The notes under the pieces: model-generated
What the model was told of the DNA's origin: nothing
The model's database searches: none
What the model saw: only the letters and a program-made list of their open reading frames with translations
Part shown: piece by piece, positions 1 to 10,293 of the stretch
How the letters are laid out: each line of letters starts with the position of its first letter
How positions within the stretch are numbered: the stretch's first letter is position 1
Source: Candidatus Bathyarchaeota archaeon
GTDB lineage: Archaea; Thermoproteota; Bathyarchaeia; 40CM-2-53-6
Assembly: GCA_963835925.1 (NCBI GenBank)
Contig: CAWIHH010000004.1
Location: forward strand, 505,289-569,288
Length of the DNA stretch: 64,000 bases
Direction of reading: 5' to 3'
Program-made: the position numbers and the translations under genes

Positions 1-1654
1 ACACCCCAGTAGTCATTGGGGTGCCCCATTGTTAAAACCGAAACTACACCGCGGTGATCCGCGAAGGGTAGGAGCTCTTTGAGTTCCGGTGTTTGGGGAG
101 GGAAAACAAACTGATACGGGGTGGTCCGAATTAGGGTGTAGGAGGAATCTGGGTGGGGGATCAGACCGTCCTTACTGGCTTTCCATGTAATATCCGCAGC
201 AGGGGTTGTCCATACTCCCGCATTCTGGTCACGGGTGTATTTTGATCCGGGCACATCGAATGCTCCTAGAATCATGAGCAACAAGTGCATACTCCAACCA
301 TTGGCTGATCCATGGACATGATTTGGTGGGCTTGAGAAGTAAGTCGTGGCAACAGGTCTCAATGGATACTCTTTTCCTGATACTACGATTTTGCTGCCAA
401 CCTGTGCTGCTTGTCCGAACTCATTTGCTATGCGGCGGATCGTTCCGGCTTGCACAGTGGTTATTGGTGCAGCCCATTCGGGTGTCATCGGCTTGACCGT
501 GTTCTTGAGCAGTTGCCATCCTGGATTTGTGTCCACACCGTCAACTGTGAACGTGCCCTCGATCGCGTAATCTTTGACCGTTGGGTCGTCGAAGGTTTTC
601 GCCTTATTGTCAACCGGGTCCCAGATTAGTGGCTTGTTTGTTGCTTTGTCTCGTGCGAAATAGCCATTGTCTGATCTTACGAGGTAGGGGCCGCTTGTCC
701 ACTTCTTTATGAAATCCACATCATAGATGCCCAACTCGTGAATGAGCACGTTGAGCATTGCAGATGAAAAAGCACCATCGGTGGAAGGAAGAATCGAAAT
801 CCACTCATCAACCGTGTTCACTCCACTGGACATCATCGGATTAATGTAGACGATTTTCATGCCTCGGTCATGGGCGTTCGTTACGTACTCTGCGAGTTGA
901 GTTGAGTCGTAAACGAAGGCTGGTTCAGATCCGAACATTATCAAGTAGTTGCAGTACTGCATGTCTGGATTGTCAGCAAATGCGCCGTGCGCCAATCTGT
1001 GCGAGTAGTGCATAACGTGGCCGCACCAGTTCATTCCCATCTCTACGGCGTAGCAACCAGCCGACATGGAGCCACTAAAGGCGCCAGAGTAAATTCCACT
1101 TTGGCTGTAGCTTAGCCGCGAGTAATCGCTAAACCACATGTTGCCATTATTGCCCTTTGCTCTGACCGTCTTCGCTTGGGCCGCTACGGTATTGTAGGCT
1201 TCGTCCCAGCTGATCTCGACCCATTTAGGATCTACACCTATGCCTTTCTGCGGATTCGTCCTCTTCAGCGGGGCCTTCACGGGTAGGGGTCGTAGACCCA
1301 CCAGAAGCCTGATTTCCCTTTTGAACAGAGCTTGCCCTTTGTTCTATTCGGATCTGGGTATCCCTCGATCTTGTCAATAACTCCGTCCACAACGTGAACG
1401 TTGATGTAATCGACTGTCGCGCACACTCTGCATTCGCTTTTGATCCATTGGTCTTGTTGAACTGCTGCGGGCGCTGCTCCCGCCACCAGCATCTTCAACG
1501 GATCCTTCAACGCGAAATCAGTGACCGCCGCCACTGTTCCAAAAGTTGCGGATAGCTTCAGAAAGTCCCTTCTAGAAATCGACGCTTTACCTCTCTCCGA
1601 ACTCGTACCTATTACTTCTTGTTTAGACAATTTCTTAATTCCTATTCCTATCAT
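1..1654 (-). pseudogene. CISM/DMSO-reductase-family molybdopterin catalytic subunit A1 (Psr/Phs-like, Tat-exported). Only the 5' ~550 codons are present; the 3' end lies left of the window. Frame is broken near 1280.
   Basis: ORF 1277-1654 encodes an SRRDFLKL twin-arginine signal and a CRVC..Y..KLC N-terminal cluster motif, then stops after VYDPYP. The adjacent frame continues PVKAPLKRTNPQKGIGVDPKWVEISWDEAYNT and stays in that frame to base 1 (..PELKELLPFADH..). It is colinear with paralogs 7291-10030 and 18659-21431. Confidence 0.85.
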
Positions 1655-1870
1655 GTTCGTTGCCCGAGCCCAACTCCATTAAGCCCTTCACAGCCTTCGC
1701 TCACGAAGGACTCACAGAGTTGCAACAAGCAACACACAGGAACTGGTGCGCTGAGAATAAGTTCCTTTGCCACATATTCTATTCACTAAGACTGCCGAGC
1801 AATAGGTCTACGTGTTGTAATTACCTCGCGATGTTACCATTCAGCAATATATATACCGCATATCGAAAAT
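1655..1870 (-). promoter_or_regulatory. Conserved upstream/leader region of A1, with a TATA-like box near 1846-1855, a CGATATG half-site at 1859-1865 and an inverted repeat AGGAAC-N17-GTTCCT at 1738-1766
   Basis: About 88% identical by eye to 10031-10245 upstream of A2, including identical runs of 44 and 24 nt. This is at least as conserved as the adjoining coding sequence. Confidence 0.5.
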
Positions 1871-1903
1871 CGTTTCAATTCTCTACAGATTTCAATTCTT
1901 GCA

Positions 1904-3223
1904 TCAGATAGCCACACGATATAGGTAGGTTGCGACGGCAAAGCCCAGAACGCAGAAGCCGACTTCAGTCATGGGGAAACTGGGCGAGCCAACGGACTGG
2001 AGAAACACAGAATACGCGAGAATAGACAACTGAAAAACTAGCACCACAGCAAGCACTACTATCGCAACGATACGCGGAATCTTATGCGCTATCTTCAGGG
2101 AATTCTGAGATAAGCGCAACTTCGAAAAGACATTTCTGCTTATGAGCAAGCGAACGATACCAAAGATAAGGAGAGCAGTCACGACCAGCGAACCGTAGAA
2201 TGTTATTGGGTTAATCGCTAGATCGTTTAAGGAGGTTATGGGGTCAACAAGATTTCCCGCACGGTAGCCCCACAGAGTAACAAGGACTATGTCTAGCATT
2301 GCCGTTATACCCACGGTTACCTGAAGAGCACGACCCGTAGCACCAAGACCGCGCTGCATATCATGAAAAGGAATCAGAGTGAAGACGAGAATGAAGGTGA
2401 ATGGAAGAAGAACAGTAACCAAAAAGACTTCCAATCCCGTCCGAAGCAGAGCGTAGATGCCGGTAAGATACCATTCTGGGATAATTATCATTGAAGGCTG
2501 ACCTGGAATGAACTTCGAGCCAAGTTCCACGGGCGCCAAGCCGCCCACAAGAAAGGATACACCTATCATTGCTAGAACGACAGGCGTGTCAAAGGCTAGC
2601 TTGCGTGGGAAATGGATGGCGAACAGAACCACCATTAGCCCCGGTAGAAGGACGATATGATATGCGTACATTCTCAGGATAGTATCACTGTACGAGAATC
2701 CCTGAAATCCATAGATCGCGAGATTAGGGCCAATGCTGGTGACAATTCCAGCGCCAATATCAAGGGCAAGCATAGCTCTCAAATTCATTATCAGAACATA
2801 ACCAGTGTAGGTCACGCCTACTGTAAGGACCCCAAGGACTATGCCAGTAACCCATAAGATCTCATCGTACAGCTTGTACTTACGAGTGAAGTAAAGATAG
2901 AAAAGATGCAGGATAGATAGGACTATCATGAAATTCGCGAGCCAATAATGGAGGTTCCTCACCTCAGAGCCGTATGGAATCAGATTACTGATCGCAGCTA
3001 CGCTGTCGTAACTTGTAGTCAATCCCGGGACATAGTAAAACATTAGCAGCACGCCGGTTACGCCGAGCAGTATGAAACAAATGAAAGCAAGCATGCCCAA
3101 GTAGGATAATGGATTGGCGGGTTCAAAGGAAAGAAACGCTGGCACGAGATATGTTCTAGCCAGACGCGACTTAATCCACTTGAGAACACCTTTTCCAGTA
3201 ATCTCTTCTTCTCTATCGCCCAT
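1904..3223 (-). CDS. Cytochrome b (Rieske/cyt b complex subunit, b6-type His spacing) with a long C-terminal membrane extension
   Basis: 439 aa and polytopic. The helix-B pair is RNLHYWLANFMIVLSILH (13 residues between the His). The helix-D pair is YHIVLLPGLMVVLFAIH (14 between). It overlaps the Rieske gene by 11 nt. Confidence 0.85.
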   Translation of the reverse strand: MGDREEEITGKGVLKWIKSRLARTYLVPAFLSFEPANPLSYLGMLAFICFILLGVTGVLLMFYYVPGLTTSYDSVAAISNLIPYGSEVRNLHYWLANFMIVLSILHLFYLYFTRKYKLYDEILWVTGIVLGVLTVGVTYTGYVLIMNLRAMLALDIGAGIVTSIGPNLAIYGFQGFSYSDTILRMYAYHIVLLPGLMVVLFAIHFPRKLAFDTPVVLAMIGVSFLVGGLAPVELGSKFIPGQPSMIIIPEWYLTGIYALLRTGLEVFLVTVLLPFTFILVFTLIPFHDMQRGLGATGRALQVTVGITAMLDIVLVTLWGYRAGNLVDPITSLNDLAINPITFYGSLVVTALLIFGIVRLLISRNVFSKLRLSQNSLKIAHKIPRIVAIVVLAVVLVFQLSILAYSVFLQSVGSPSFPMTEVGFCVLGFAVATYLYRVAI

Positions 3224-3707
3224 AGCCGATAACCCCTACTATGTCGTATGCATAGATGTCCCCGTTCTCGTCCTCATCCAGCTTTATGGTGGGCAGAGCT
3301 CTAGGTGCAGGGCCTGAGATATTGGTTCCATCGGTGGCATTGTACGCGCTTCCGTGACAGGGGCAGACGATTTGATTGGTCGTCGGATCATAGTTCACGA
3401 TACACTGCAAATGTGTGCAGACCCTATTGAAAGCGTACAAATTGGAGTGACGACCCATTCCGGCACCCTCGCGTCCTCTAATCAGCAGGTTCGTGTGGTA
3501 GGGGTGCGATTCAGTCGGCCACTGAAAGATTATGGCCGAGTATGGTTTCAGCTCGGCTATGTTTCCAATCTTCTTCCTCTCGATCTTAGGATTGCTGCCA
3601 TACGATAAGAAGCCTCCAGAAGGTACGAGGGAGGCGAGCGCTGACAATCCAGATACCGCGACAATGAGTTTAACGAAGTCTCTTCTAGCCAACTGCAACT
3701 CTGTCAC
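3213..3707 (-). CDS. Rieske [2Fe-2S] protein with a Tat-type signal
   Basis: RRDFVKL signal followed by a hydrophobic segment. Cluster boxes CTHLQC and CPCHGS are present. GTG start. Confidence 0.9.
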   Translation of the reverse strand: MTELQLARRDFVKLIVAVSGLSALASLVPSGGFLSYGSNPKIERKKIGNIAELKPYSAIIFQWPTESHPYHTNLLIRGREGAGMGRHSNLYAFNRVCTHLQCIVNYDPTTNQIVCPCHGSAYNATDGTNISGPAPRALPTIKLDEDENGDIYAYDIVGVIGYGR

Positions 3708-5276
3708 CTAAGTAAGACTCTCATGCGCAGGTCTTGAGAATCGATATACGTAGAACATTAGGATGCAGAAAATGAGGTACCCTATTGTAATCGCTAGAAC
3801 ACTTTGCTGAGCGGTCACCAATGGGTAAGTCTTCGATAGCGGTTCTAGATTTACGTAATTTTGATAGGCCCACGAATTCACAGTGTCCTGCGAAGCGGGG
3901 TCTATCGTCACTATACCTCCTCCTCTAAGAAAAGCTACGTCCATGAACTTCGCCAACACGCCCAACGGGGCGATTGAAGCAGCAATCGGAATGAGAATAT
4001 ATCGCCCCATCTTCATCTTTCTTGCAAGCAAGAATGCCACTGGAATGGCGACAACGAACGAAACAGGCGGCCATGGAACCCCACCATATTGTGCTGCGAG
4101 GTACCATTGGTTATGTGGCCCAACATAGAGCAGAATACCAATGCACGCCAAGGCAAAGAGGAGCACAGGTATTCGAAGCCTCATCTGGCCTTTCGAGTAT
4201 CGCCAGAGAGTAACCGAGATCAAGTAGCCTCCTAGAAGCACATATGCGGCCAGAACCCCCTGTGTTGGATAAGAAATGCTAGCGTCCAACGCTCCGAAGA
4301 CGGCGAGCGTCCACAGAACAAGACTGAGCAAGATCATCAATTGGATTACACGCCCCCGATTGTACTGCGGCCGACTATTCCTTGTGTCAAGATCGAGATA
4401 GTAAGCGACAGCAGCTGCTCCCATGAGCATCGCTCCAATCACACCGAGATGCCAGAGTGGGCTCACAGTTGAGGTTAAACTGGCGGCCAAGCCTCCACCA
4501 GTGCTTCCCATTAGGCCGAGCGCGATTGTCGGCGTGAGTGTGTGGAAGATTGCAGCGTTCCAATACCCTATGATAGGTATCGGCGCTCCAAAAAATAATC
4601 CAGTTTTGAAACACCACGTGGCCTGAAATCTTAACCGATGCCCTGCTTCACCGTCGACCACATTCCGGTAACGCAGCACGGCAACTGCTGAGAGGATAAG
4701 CGATGCGGTGAGAGAACCAGCCAGAAACATTTTCAAAGTCAGAGGCAACCAGGCTCGATTCACCATCAATGACAACTGCCCACCCCAACCCAGACTATCA
4801 GGCCTCAAAACGGCGATGACACCTTGGGGCAGTTGTGGTGCGAGCGTGTACGTATGAATTAGCATGAAGGCAAGAATGGCCCCCGCAGCGAATACACAGA
4901 CCAGAGAAGCAAGAAACAAATGCGCCCTCTTATTCTCATTAAGGGCGCTCCACGTCCTCGTGTAGAATGTAACCAGCAGTAGTTCAATGATAAACAGGCT
5001 GGTCATTAGGATTAAGGGCTTACTGAAGACAGCCGGGTCGAAGAAAGATGATAATGCTGTTGGCTGCATAATCGCGGAAAAAATCAATCCCATTGAGAAG
5101 ATGAGCGCAACCGCGAGGGATACTTGTCCCAGCTTCGCGAACAAGTAGCCGCACTCGTCGTATTCCCGCACTCGCGCGTAAACACCTATCACTTCACTCA
5201 ATGTCGCGAGGTATGCGGAACCCACGCCGACTATCAGGAAAAAGAAGAAGACCAGATATAGAACGGTATCAAGCAA
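3708..5276 (-). CDS. Polytopic membrane protein of unknown function, first gene of the Rieske/cyt b operon
   Basis: 522 aa with about 14 hydrophobic segments. Its TAG stop directly abuts the GTG start of the Rieske gene. I recognise no cofactor motif. Confidence 0.6.
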   Translation of the reverse strand: MLDTVLYLVFFFFLIVGVGSAYLATLSEVIGVYARVREYDECGYLFAKLGQVSLAVALIFSMGLIFSAIMQPTALSSFFDPAVFSKPLILMTSLFIIELLLVTFYTRTWSALNENKRAHLFLASLVCVFAAGAILAFMLIHTYTLAPQLPQGVIAVLRPDSLGWGGQLSLMVNRAWLPLTLKMFLAGSLTASLILSAVAVLRYRNVVDGEAGHRLRFQATWCFKTGLFFGAPIPIIGYWNAAIFHTLTPTIALGLMGSTGGGLAASLTSTVSPLWHLGVIGAMLMGAAAVAYYLDLDTRNSRPQYNRGRVIQLMILLSLVLWTLAVFGALDASISYPTQGVLAAYVLLGGYLISVTLWRYSKGQMRLRIPVLLFALACIGILLYVGPHNQWYLAAQYGGVPWPPVSFVVAIPVAFLLARKMKMGRYILIPIAASIAPLGVLAKFMDVAFLRGGGIVTIDPASQDTVNSWAYQNYVNLEPLSKTYPLVTAQQSVLAITIGYLIFCILMFYVYRFSRPAHESLT

Positions 5277-5520
5277 CGCCTTGTCGAAAAGAAAAGTGAA
5301 GATTGATGTTTCTATGCCCGTATTGTCTTCCGCTCCATGCCTATTGGTTATGGTTTGCCGAAAGAGTCAAGAGTTCTTAGCATTTACAGTATGAAGTAAG
5401 TCCATCAGTACATACAAATGCCAAATCCAATTTCAAGCTTCGTATTGACTCAATACTGGAGTGGAGAAGGGTCCACACCAATGAGTTGAACAGAAGCGTT
5501 CTCCGCCTAGAATAGTAACT

Positions 5521-5582
5521 GCAAAGAAAGGAAATAAATGAAAAAGGGAAAGTTTTCTGTGGTCAGGTTCGTATTTTTTGTT
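5521..5582 (-). terminator. Oligo-T (minus strand) tract downstream of C2, a probable archaeal terminator
   Basis: The plus strand is purine-rich (gaaaggaaataaatgaaaaagggaaag ... tattttttg), giving T-runs on the transcript. Similar GAAAAA..GGAAAG blocks follow C3, B4 and C7. Confidence 0.4.
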
Positions 5583-6678
5583 TTAGGTTTTCTTGGTTGC
5601 GGTTGTTAGTTTGGTTGTTGGGATGATTTTCGCAGCGACCACGTAGGCGGCGACTAGGATTACGAAGAAGACGCCTACCACCATGTAATCGAAGCCTTGT
5701 GGAATCATGGCTGGGAAATAGGTTTGAGGAGTCAAATCAGCCGCCTCAGGAACGCCCACAGAGACCACCAGGTACCGCACCAGCAGTCCGCCCGTTAATA
5801 GTAGGAGGCTGCTGATGGCTGCGAGCAACGGAAGCCTGCCACCATTCTTCACACCCAACCCTAGCAGAGCTATGGGAAGTATGAGACCTGCAACAATCAA
5901 ACCACCCCAGAACAACACCGAGAACGAACCCGACGTCAGGAGCATTCTAGATTCTAGTGCTGAAGGCACCATACCAGCCGTCACAGTGTAAAAGAACAAC
6001 ACAGCCAACACGAAGACACCAAGCGCAAGCAAAGGCGCAACCAAACTTCTGATCATACCAGTTACCTGTTCATTCGCTTCACCAACACTACGCGCCTGGT
6101 AGACTCCGAGAACCATCACCGTCGCGGCAGTGCCCGTCATCAAAGCCACACCAATGAACAGCAACGGAAGCAACCCATTCTCCCAGAATGGGACATGGGC
6201 AAGACTCATGGCAACGCCTGGGTAGGTCATGACGCCAAGCGCTAGCACTGCACCGATGATCCCCAGCGCCCTTCGAAGCACAGTAGCCTTCTCTAATAGT
6301 TTGAACGGCCAAATCCACAACCCAATGTGTACCACTGACACGACCAAGAATGCTGTGATGAACACTGAACCAATCGCAATTAGGGAACCGAAGTTGCCGA
6401 AGACAGACATGAACCGTTCCGGACGCCCAAGATCCAACATCAGAAACAGCACGCCCCCAATCACCAGAGGAGCGCTAAGGAAGACACCGACCTTCGACGT
6501 GATCCTATTCCTCTCACCAAGATAGTCAGCTAAGACGCCTACAATGTACGCTCCGGCTCCAGCTCCGGCTAGGAAGAAGTCCCAGATCAGCAACCAACCC
6601 CACTCAGTCTGAACAGGAATCATGTTCTACAACTCCCCCTTGAAACCCACATAGTACACTGAAGGCCTCGTGCCAAGC
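5573..6678. repeat. Copy 1 of a ~1.1-kb apparently identical segmental duplication (C2 gene plus the 3' tail of B2)
   Basis: Same sequence as 11374-12479 at a constant offset of 5801 nt. The 346-aa proteins and the antisense shadow ORFs are identical. Confidence 0.85.
5583..6623 (-). CDS. NrfD/PsrC-type membrane anchor subunit C2
   Basis: 346 aa and multi-TM, with N-terminal WGWLLIWDFFLAGAGAGAY as in NrfD-family quinol-interacting anchors. It lies directly downstream of A2-B2. Confidence 0.85.
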   Translation of the reverse strand: MIPVQTEWGWLLIWDFFLAGAGAGAYIVGVLADYLGERNRITSKVGVFLSAPLVIGGVLFLMLDLGRPERFMSVFGNFGSLIAIGSVFITAFLVVSVVHIGLWIWPFKLLEKATVLRRALGIIGAVLALGVMTYPGVAMSLAHVPFWENGLLPLLFIGVALMTGTAATVMVLGVYQARSVGEANEQVTGMIRSLVAPLLALGVFVLAVLFFYTVTAGMVPSALESRMLLTSGSFSVLFWGGLIVAGLILPIALLGLGVKNGGRLPLLAAISSLLLLTGGLLVRYLVVSVGVPEAADLTPQTYFPAMIPQGFDYMVVGVFFVILVAAYVVAAKIIPTTKLTTATKKT

Positions 6679-7280
6679 GCCGGCTTCAACGGCATCGCCC
6701 GCAGTTTGATGATCTCCTGTGAGATTTGACTATTCGGATCATCCAGATCACCGAAAACCCGCGCACGTCCTAGGCAAGTGTTCACGCAGGATGGGGTCGC
6801 GTCCCGGTCCACACCGGGTTTAAGGCCGTTCTTCACGCCCGCATCAACACGTTGAACACAGAACGTACACTTCTCCACGACGCCTACTTGGTGTTGCGCG
6901 TATGCTCGGTTCTCCCAAGCCGTTAGGCCTGATGGATAATAGCCCTCAATGCTAGCCATGAAGTGACGTGCTGCGTATGGACATGCTTGCATGCAATACT
7001 TGCATCCGATGCACTTGTCATAGTCCACCAGCACAATCCCGTCAGCCCGCTTGTGACTCGCACCTGTTGGGCAGACCGCGACGCATGGCGCATTCTCACA
7101 GTGCATACACAACGTCGGAATATAGAACCTCCCGGTGTTGGGGTACTTTCCGGTCTCACCTTCAATTGCTGCAGCCCAAAATATGCCTTTAGTAGTCTTG
7201 TTCTCAGCTTTGCAGGCGGATGTGCACCCATAGCATCCGATGCAACGGGACAGTTTAATCAACATGCCATAATGTGTCAT
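6627..7280 (-). CDS. Four-cluster [4Fe-4S] ferredoxin subunit B2 (PsrB/DmsB-like)
   Basis: Cys groups are CIGCYGCTSAC, CMHCENAPCVAVCP, CIGCKYCMQACP and CTFC..CVNTC. Confidence 0.9.
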   Translation of the reverse strand: MTHYGMLIKLSRCIGCYGCTSACKAENKTTKGIFWAAAIEGETGKYPNTGRFYIPTLCMHCENAPCVAVCPTGASHKRADGIVLVDYDKCIGCKYCMQACPYAARHFMASIEGYYPSGLTAWENRAYAQHQVGVVEKCTFCVQRVDAGVKNGLKPGVDRDATPSCVNTCLGRARVFGDLDDPNSQISQEIIKLRAMPLKPALGTRPSVYYVGFKGEL

Positions 7281-7290
7281 TGCATCTCAC

Positions 7291-10030
7291 CTAAGCCTTG
7301 TATACCCTCACTTTGACATCGTTCTCAAGCGCGTCGGTGAGCTTGTCAGTGTATTCAAGCTTGTCAGGCCTCATGGCTTGGTGTGGAAGTCCAAGATGTC
7401 TATTGTTGAGGTCCTTGACTACAGAGTTTCCAGCCCAGCGGCCGAAGTGACGACTTACCGCGATAACCTTTGGGTGAATCGCCTGTGAAAGCTTCGCATA
7501 TCCTTGGCGCTTGTCTTGCTCTGACTCAACCCAGATGAGGTCTCCATTCGTGATTCCTTTGTTCTTCGCTGTGTTGTCGTTCATCCAAACGTACAGTCCG
7601 TACGGATCAAGCTTCTCCCCTATATCAGCAAGCCATGGGATGACCTCTGTGCACATGTAGCCACCAGTGTTCTGCAGGTAGGCGATCTCGATCAGATCGT
7701 AAGGCGGGGTGTCCGTGTGGATGTGGCTTGGGATCCATGTCGGAAGTGTGGCGTAATCCGCATAATCCCAGGCCACACCGTTCTTCTCCAATGTCTGCCG
7801 CAACTGGTCGGCGACTCGCTTGTGCACCTCCACGTAAATCGGTAGCCGCTGCTTCTTGGTCTTATACCACTCATACACAGCATCGCAGCTTGTCTTGTCT
7901 GCTGCACTCACGCCTCCGTTCTGCTTCCACCAGTCTAGACCTTTGCCGTTGGTGCTCTTGCAGATCGTGCTCGAAGATTTGCTCGGTTGTGTACTTCGTG
8001 TTCAAGTCCAGTTTATAGGGGTCTTTGAGGCTGCCGTTAGCCAAGTCGTTGAAGCCACCTTTACCGTATAGAACACCTGTCCTGTCGCATATTTCGACAA
8101 AGACATCGTAAATGTGCGGTATTGGGTTGAGCGGCTCGACGACCGGCTGCTCCAACCAGTTGTTGAGTTGATATTCTTCTAGGTAGCATCTGTCAGGTAG
8201 AACTATGTCTGCAAGGTCGGTGGGTTCCTCAAGCCAGATGCATGACAGAGCGAGGAACGGGACTGTGCTTAGGACCTCGGCCATCGTGCTGACGGCGTAC
8301 ATGGATAACATGCCGTAGGCATGGCCGAAACCGAATTCGATGCGGTGCGCTTTCCCAACGTTCCAGTAGTCGTTGGGGTTCGCCATTGTCAAGAGTGACA
8401 GTGCGCCTTTGTGGTCTCCGAATGGGAACAACTCATCCAGTTCGACTGTCTTAGGTGGAAAAACATTGTTCCATGTTTTTTCTCGTGTTACACTGTAGGC
8501 AGCCGCTGGATGGGGAATCAGGCCGTCCTGAGTGGTCTTCCACTGAACATCCGCCTGAGGATTCGTCGCATATGTCGGTAGATAGGAATTTGGCATCATA
8601 CAGCTAGATCCAGGTGTGTCCCACGCGCCCACGATCGTAAGCAGCATCATTATGCTCCATGAGTTGGCAAATCCATGCACATGGTTTGATGGGTTTGACC
8701 CAAAACTCGCTGCCACAGGCCTGTAGGCGCGTTCGACGCCGTTAACGATTATCGTGCTTCCTATTTGAGCCGCTTGAGCCCACTCGTTCGCTATGCGGCG
8801 TATGGTTGCTGCGGGCACGGTGGTTATGGGCGCAGCCCATTCCGGCGTCATGGGTTTGACCGAGTCTTTCAGAAGTTGCCACGATGGACTTGTGTTCACG
8901 CCACCAACTGTGAAGCTGCCCTCAATCGCATAGTCCTTGATTGTCTTATCATCGAATGTCTTAGCCTTATTATCAACTGGATCCCAAACTAGTGGTTTGT
9001 TGGTCACAGTATCTCGGGCGTAGTAGCCGTTGTCAGCTCGGACAAGGTAGGGGCCGTCTGTCCACTTCTTTATGAAATCCACGTCATAGATACCAAGCTC
9101 ATGAATGAGCACGTTTAGCATTCCCGACGCGAAGGCCCCGTCGGTCGCGGGATGGATGGGGACCCATTCGTCAACGATGTTCCCCCCATACGATCGGTTG
9201 GGAGTTAATACAACATTCCTGGCGCCCTTGTCGTGTGCGTTTGCCAATAGTTCACCGAACGCGATAGAGTCATAGACGAAACCGTTCTCCCTTCCGAAGA
9301 TGATCTGGTATTTGTTGTGTAGGTAGTCGGTGTTGCCAACAAATCCGCCATGCGCCACCCTATGGATATAGTGTAGGATGTGGCCGCACCAGTTCATCCC
9401 CATGTCTACTGAATAGCAATTCCCCGTCATGGCGGTGTTGAAAGCTGACCGAAGTGAACTCTGGCTGTAGTTCATTCGCCCAGCGGTGTTGAACCACACC
9501 GTGCCGTCTTTGCCTTTTGCCATGACCTTCTTTGCTTGTTCAGCGATAGTGTTGTATGCTTCGTCCCAGCTGATCTCAACCCATTTCGGATCAACGCCAA
9601 TCCCTTTCTGCGGATTCGTCCTCTTCACTGGAGTCTTGACTCGGTAAGGATCGTAAACGTAAAAGTGCCCTGCACTCCCTCGAGCACAGAGCTTTCCATT
9701 GGTCGCGGACGGACTTCCAGTACTCATCGACGGGTCTCCGTCAATCTTGTCGATGATTCCGTTCACAACGTGGACTTGTATGCAATCAAGCGTCGAGCAG
9801 ACTCTGCACATGCTTTTGATCCATTGGTCCTGTTGAGCTGCTGTGGGGGTTGCTCCAGCCACCAGCACCTTCAACGGTTCGTTCAGCGCAAAGTCAGTGA
9901 CTGCTGCGACTGTTCCAAAAGTTGCTGATAATTTTAGAAAGTCTCTTCTGGAAATTGATGCTTTATCTCGCTCCGAATTCCTACTGACTATCTCTTGTTT
10001 AGACAATTTCTTATTTCCTATTCCTATCAT
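7291..10030 (-). pseudogene. CISM catalytic subunit A2 (Psr/Phs-like, Tat signal), split by a 1-nt indel near 7960
   Basis: ORFs 7871-10030 and 7291-7911 overlap. The upstream frame reads ..TTEQIFEHDL. After one orphan base, the downstream frame reads KSTNGKGLDWWKQNGG.. and matches A4. It has an SRRDFLKL signal and a CRVCSTLDC..KLC motif. The start may be the TTG at 10006. Confidence 0.85.
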
Positions 10031-10245
10031 GTTTGTTGCCCGCTCTAAACTCCATTAAGCCCTCCACAGCCTTCACTCAAGACGGCTTCACAGAGCTGCA
10101 ACAAGCAACACAAAGGAACGGACTCGCAGAGAATAAGTTCCTTTGCCACATATTCTATTCACTAAGACTGCCCAACAATAGGTCTACGTGTTGTAATTAC
10201 ACCGCGATGTTACCGTTCAGTAACATATATACCGCATCAACAACG
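10031..10245 (-). promoter_or_regulatory. Conserved upstream/leader region of A2, paralogous to 1655-1870, with a perfect 9-bp inverted repeat CAAAGGAAC-N17-GTTCCTTTG
   Basis: Alignment by eye with the A1 upstream region. A TATATAT box lies about 195 nt upstream of the ATG. Confidence 0.5.
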
Positions 10246-10293
10246 GAAATCGTATCAAAGCCAGTCTAGAAGCTGCATTTACGAATGCACCGT

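Noticed and set aside
346-629. Plus-strand ORFs inside the catalytic genes recur between paralogs. Examples are 346-570, 8765-8992, 20146-20334 and 20100-20549, which share MRRIVPA.TVVIGAAHSGV-like text.
   Set aside because: They lie antisense to strongly conserved minus-strand coding sequence, so their conservation is a shadow of it. The minus-strand products carry clear family motifs.
1277-1279. The TGA ending ORF 1277-1654 might be a selenocysteine or read-through codon, as in some molybdoenzymes.
   Set aside because: Reading through in frame meets another stop four codons later. The paralog-matching sequence continues in a different frame, so this is a frameshift and not recoding.
1655-1870. 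A Moco/Wco riboswitch in the long conserved A1 and A2 leaders.
   Set aside because: I cannot recognise the Moco motif consensus by eye, and the differences between the two copies are not clearly compensatory. It stays as a hypothesis in the findings and is not called as a feature.
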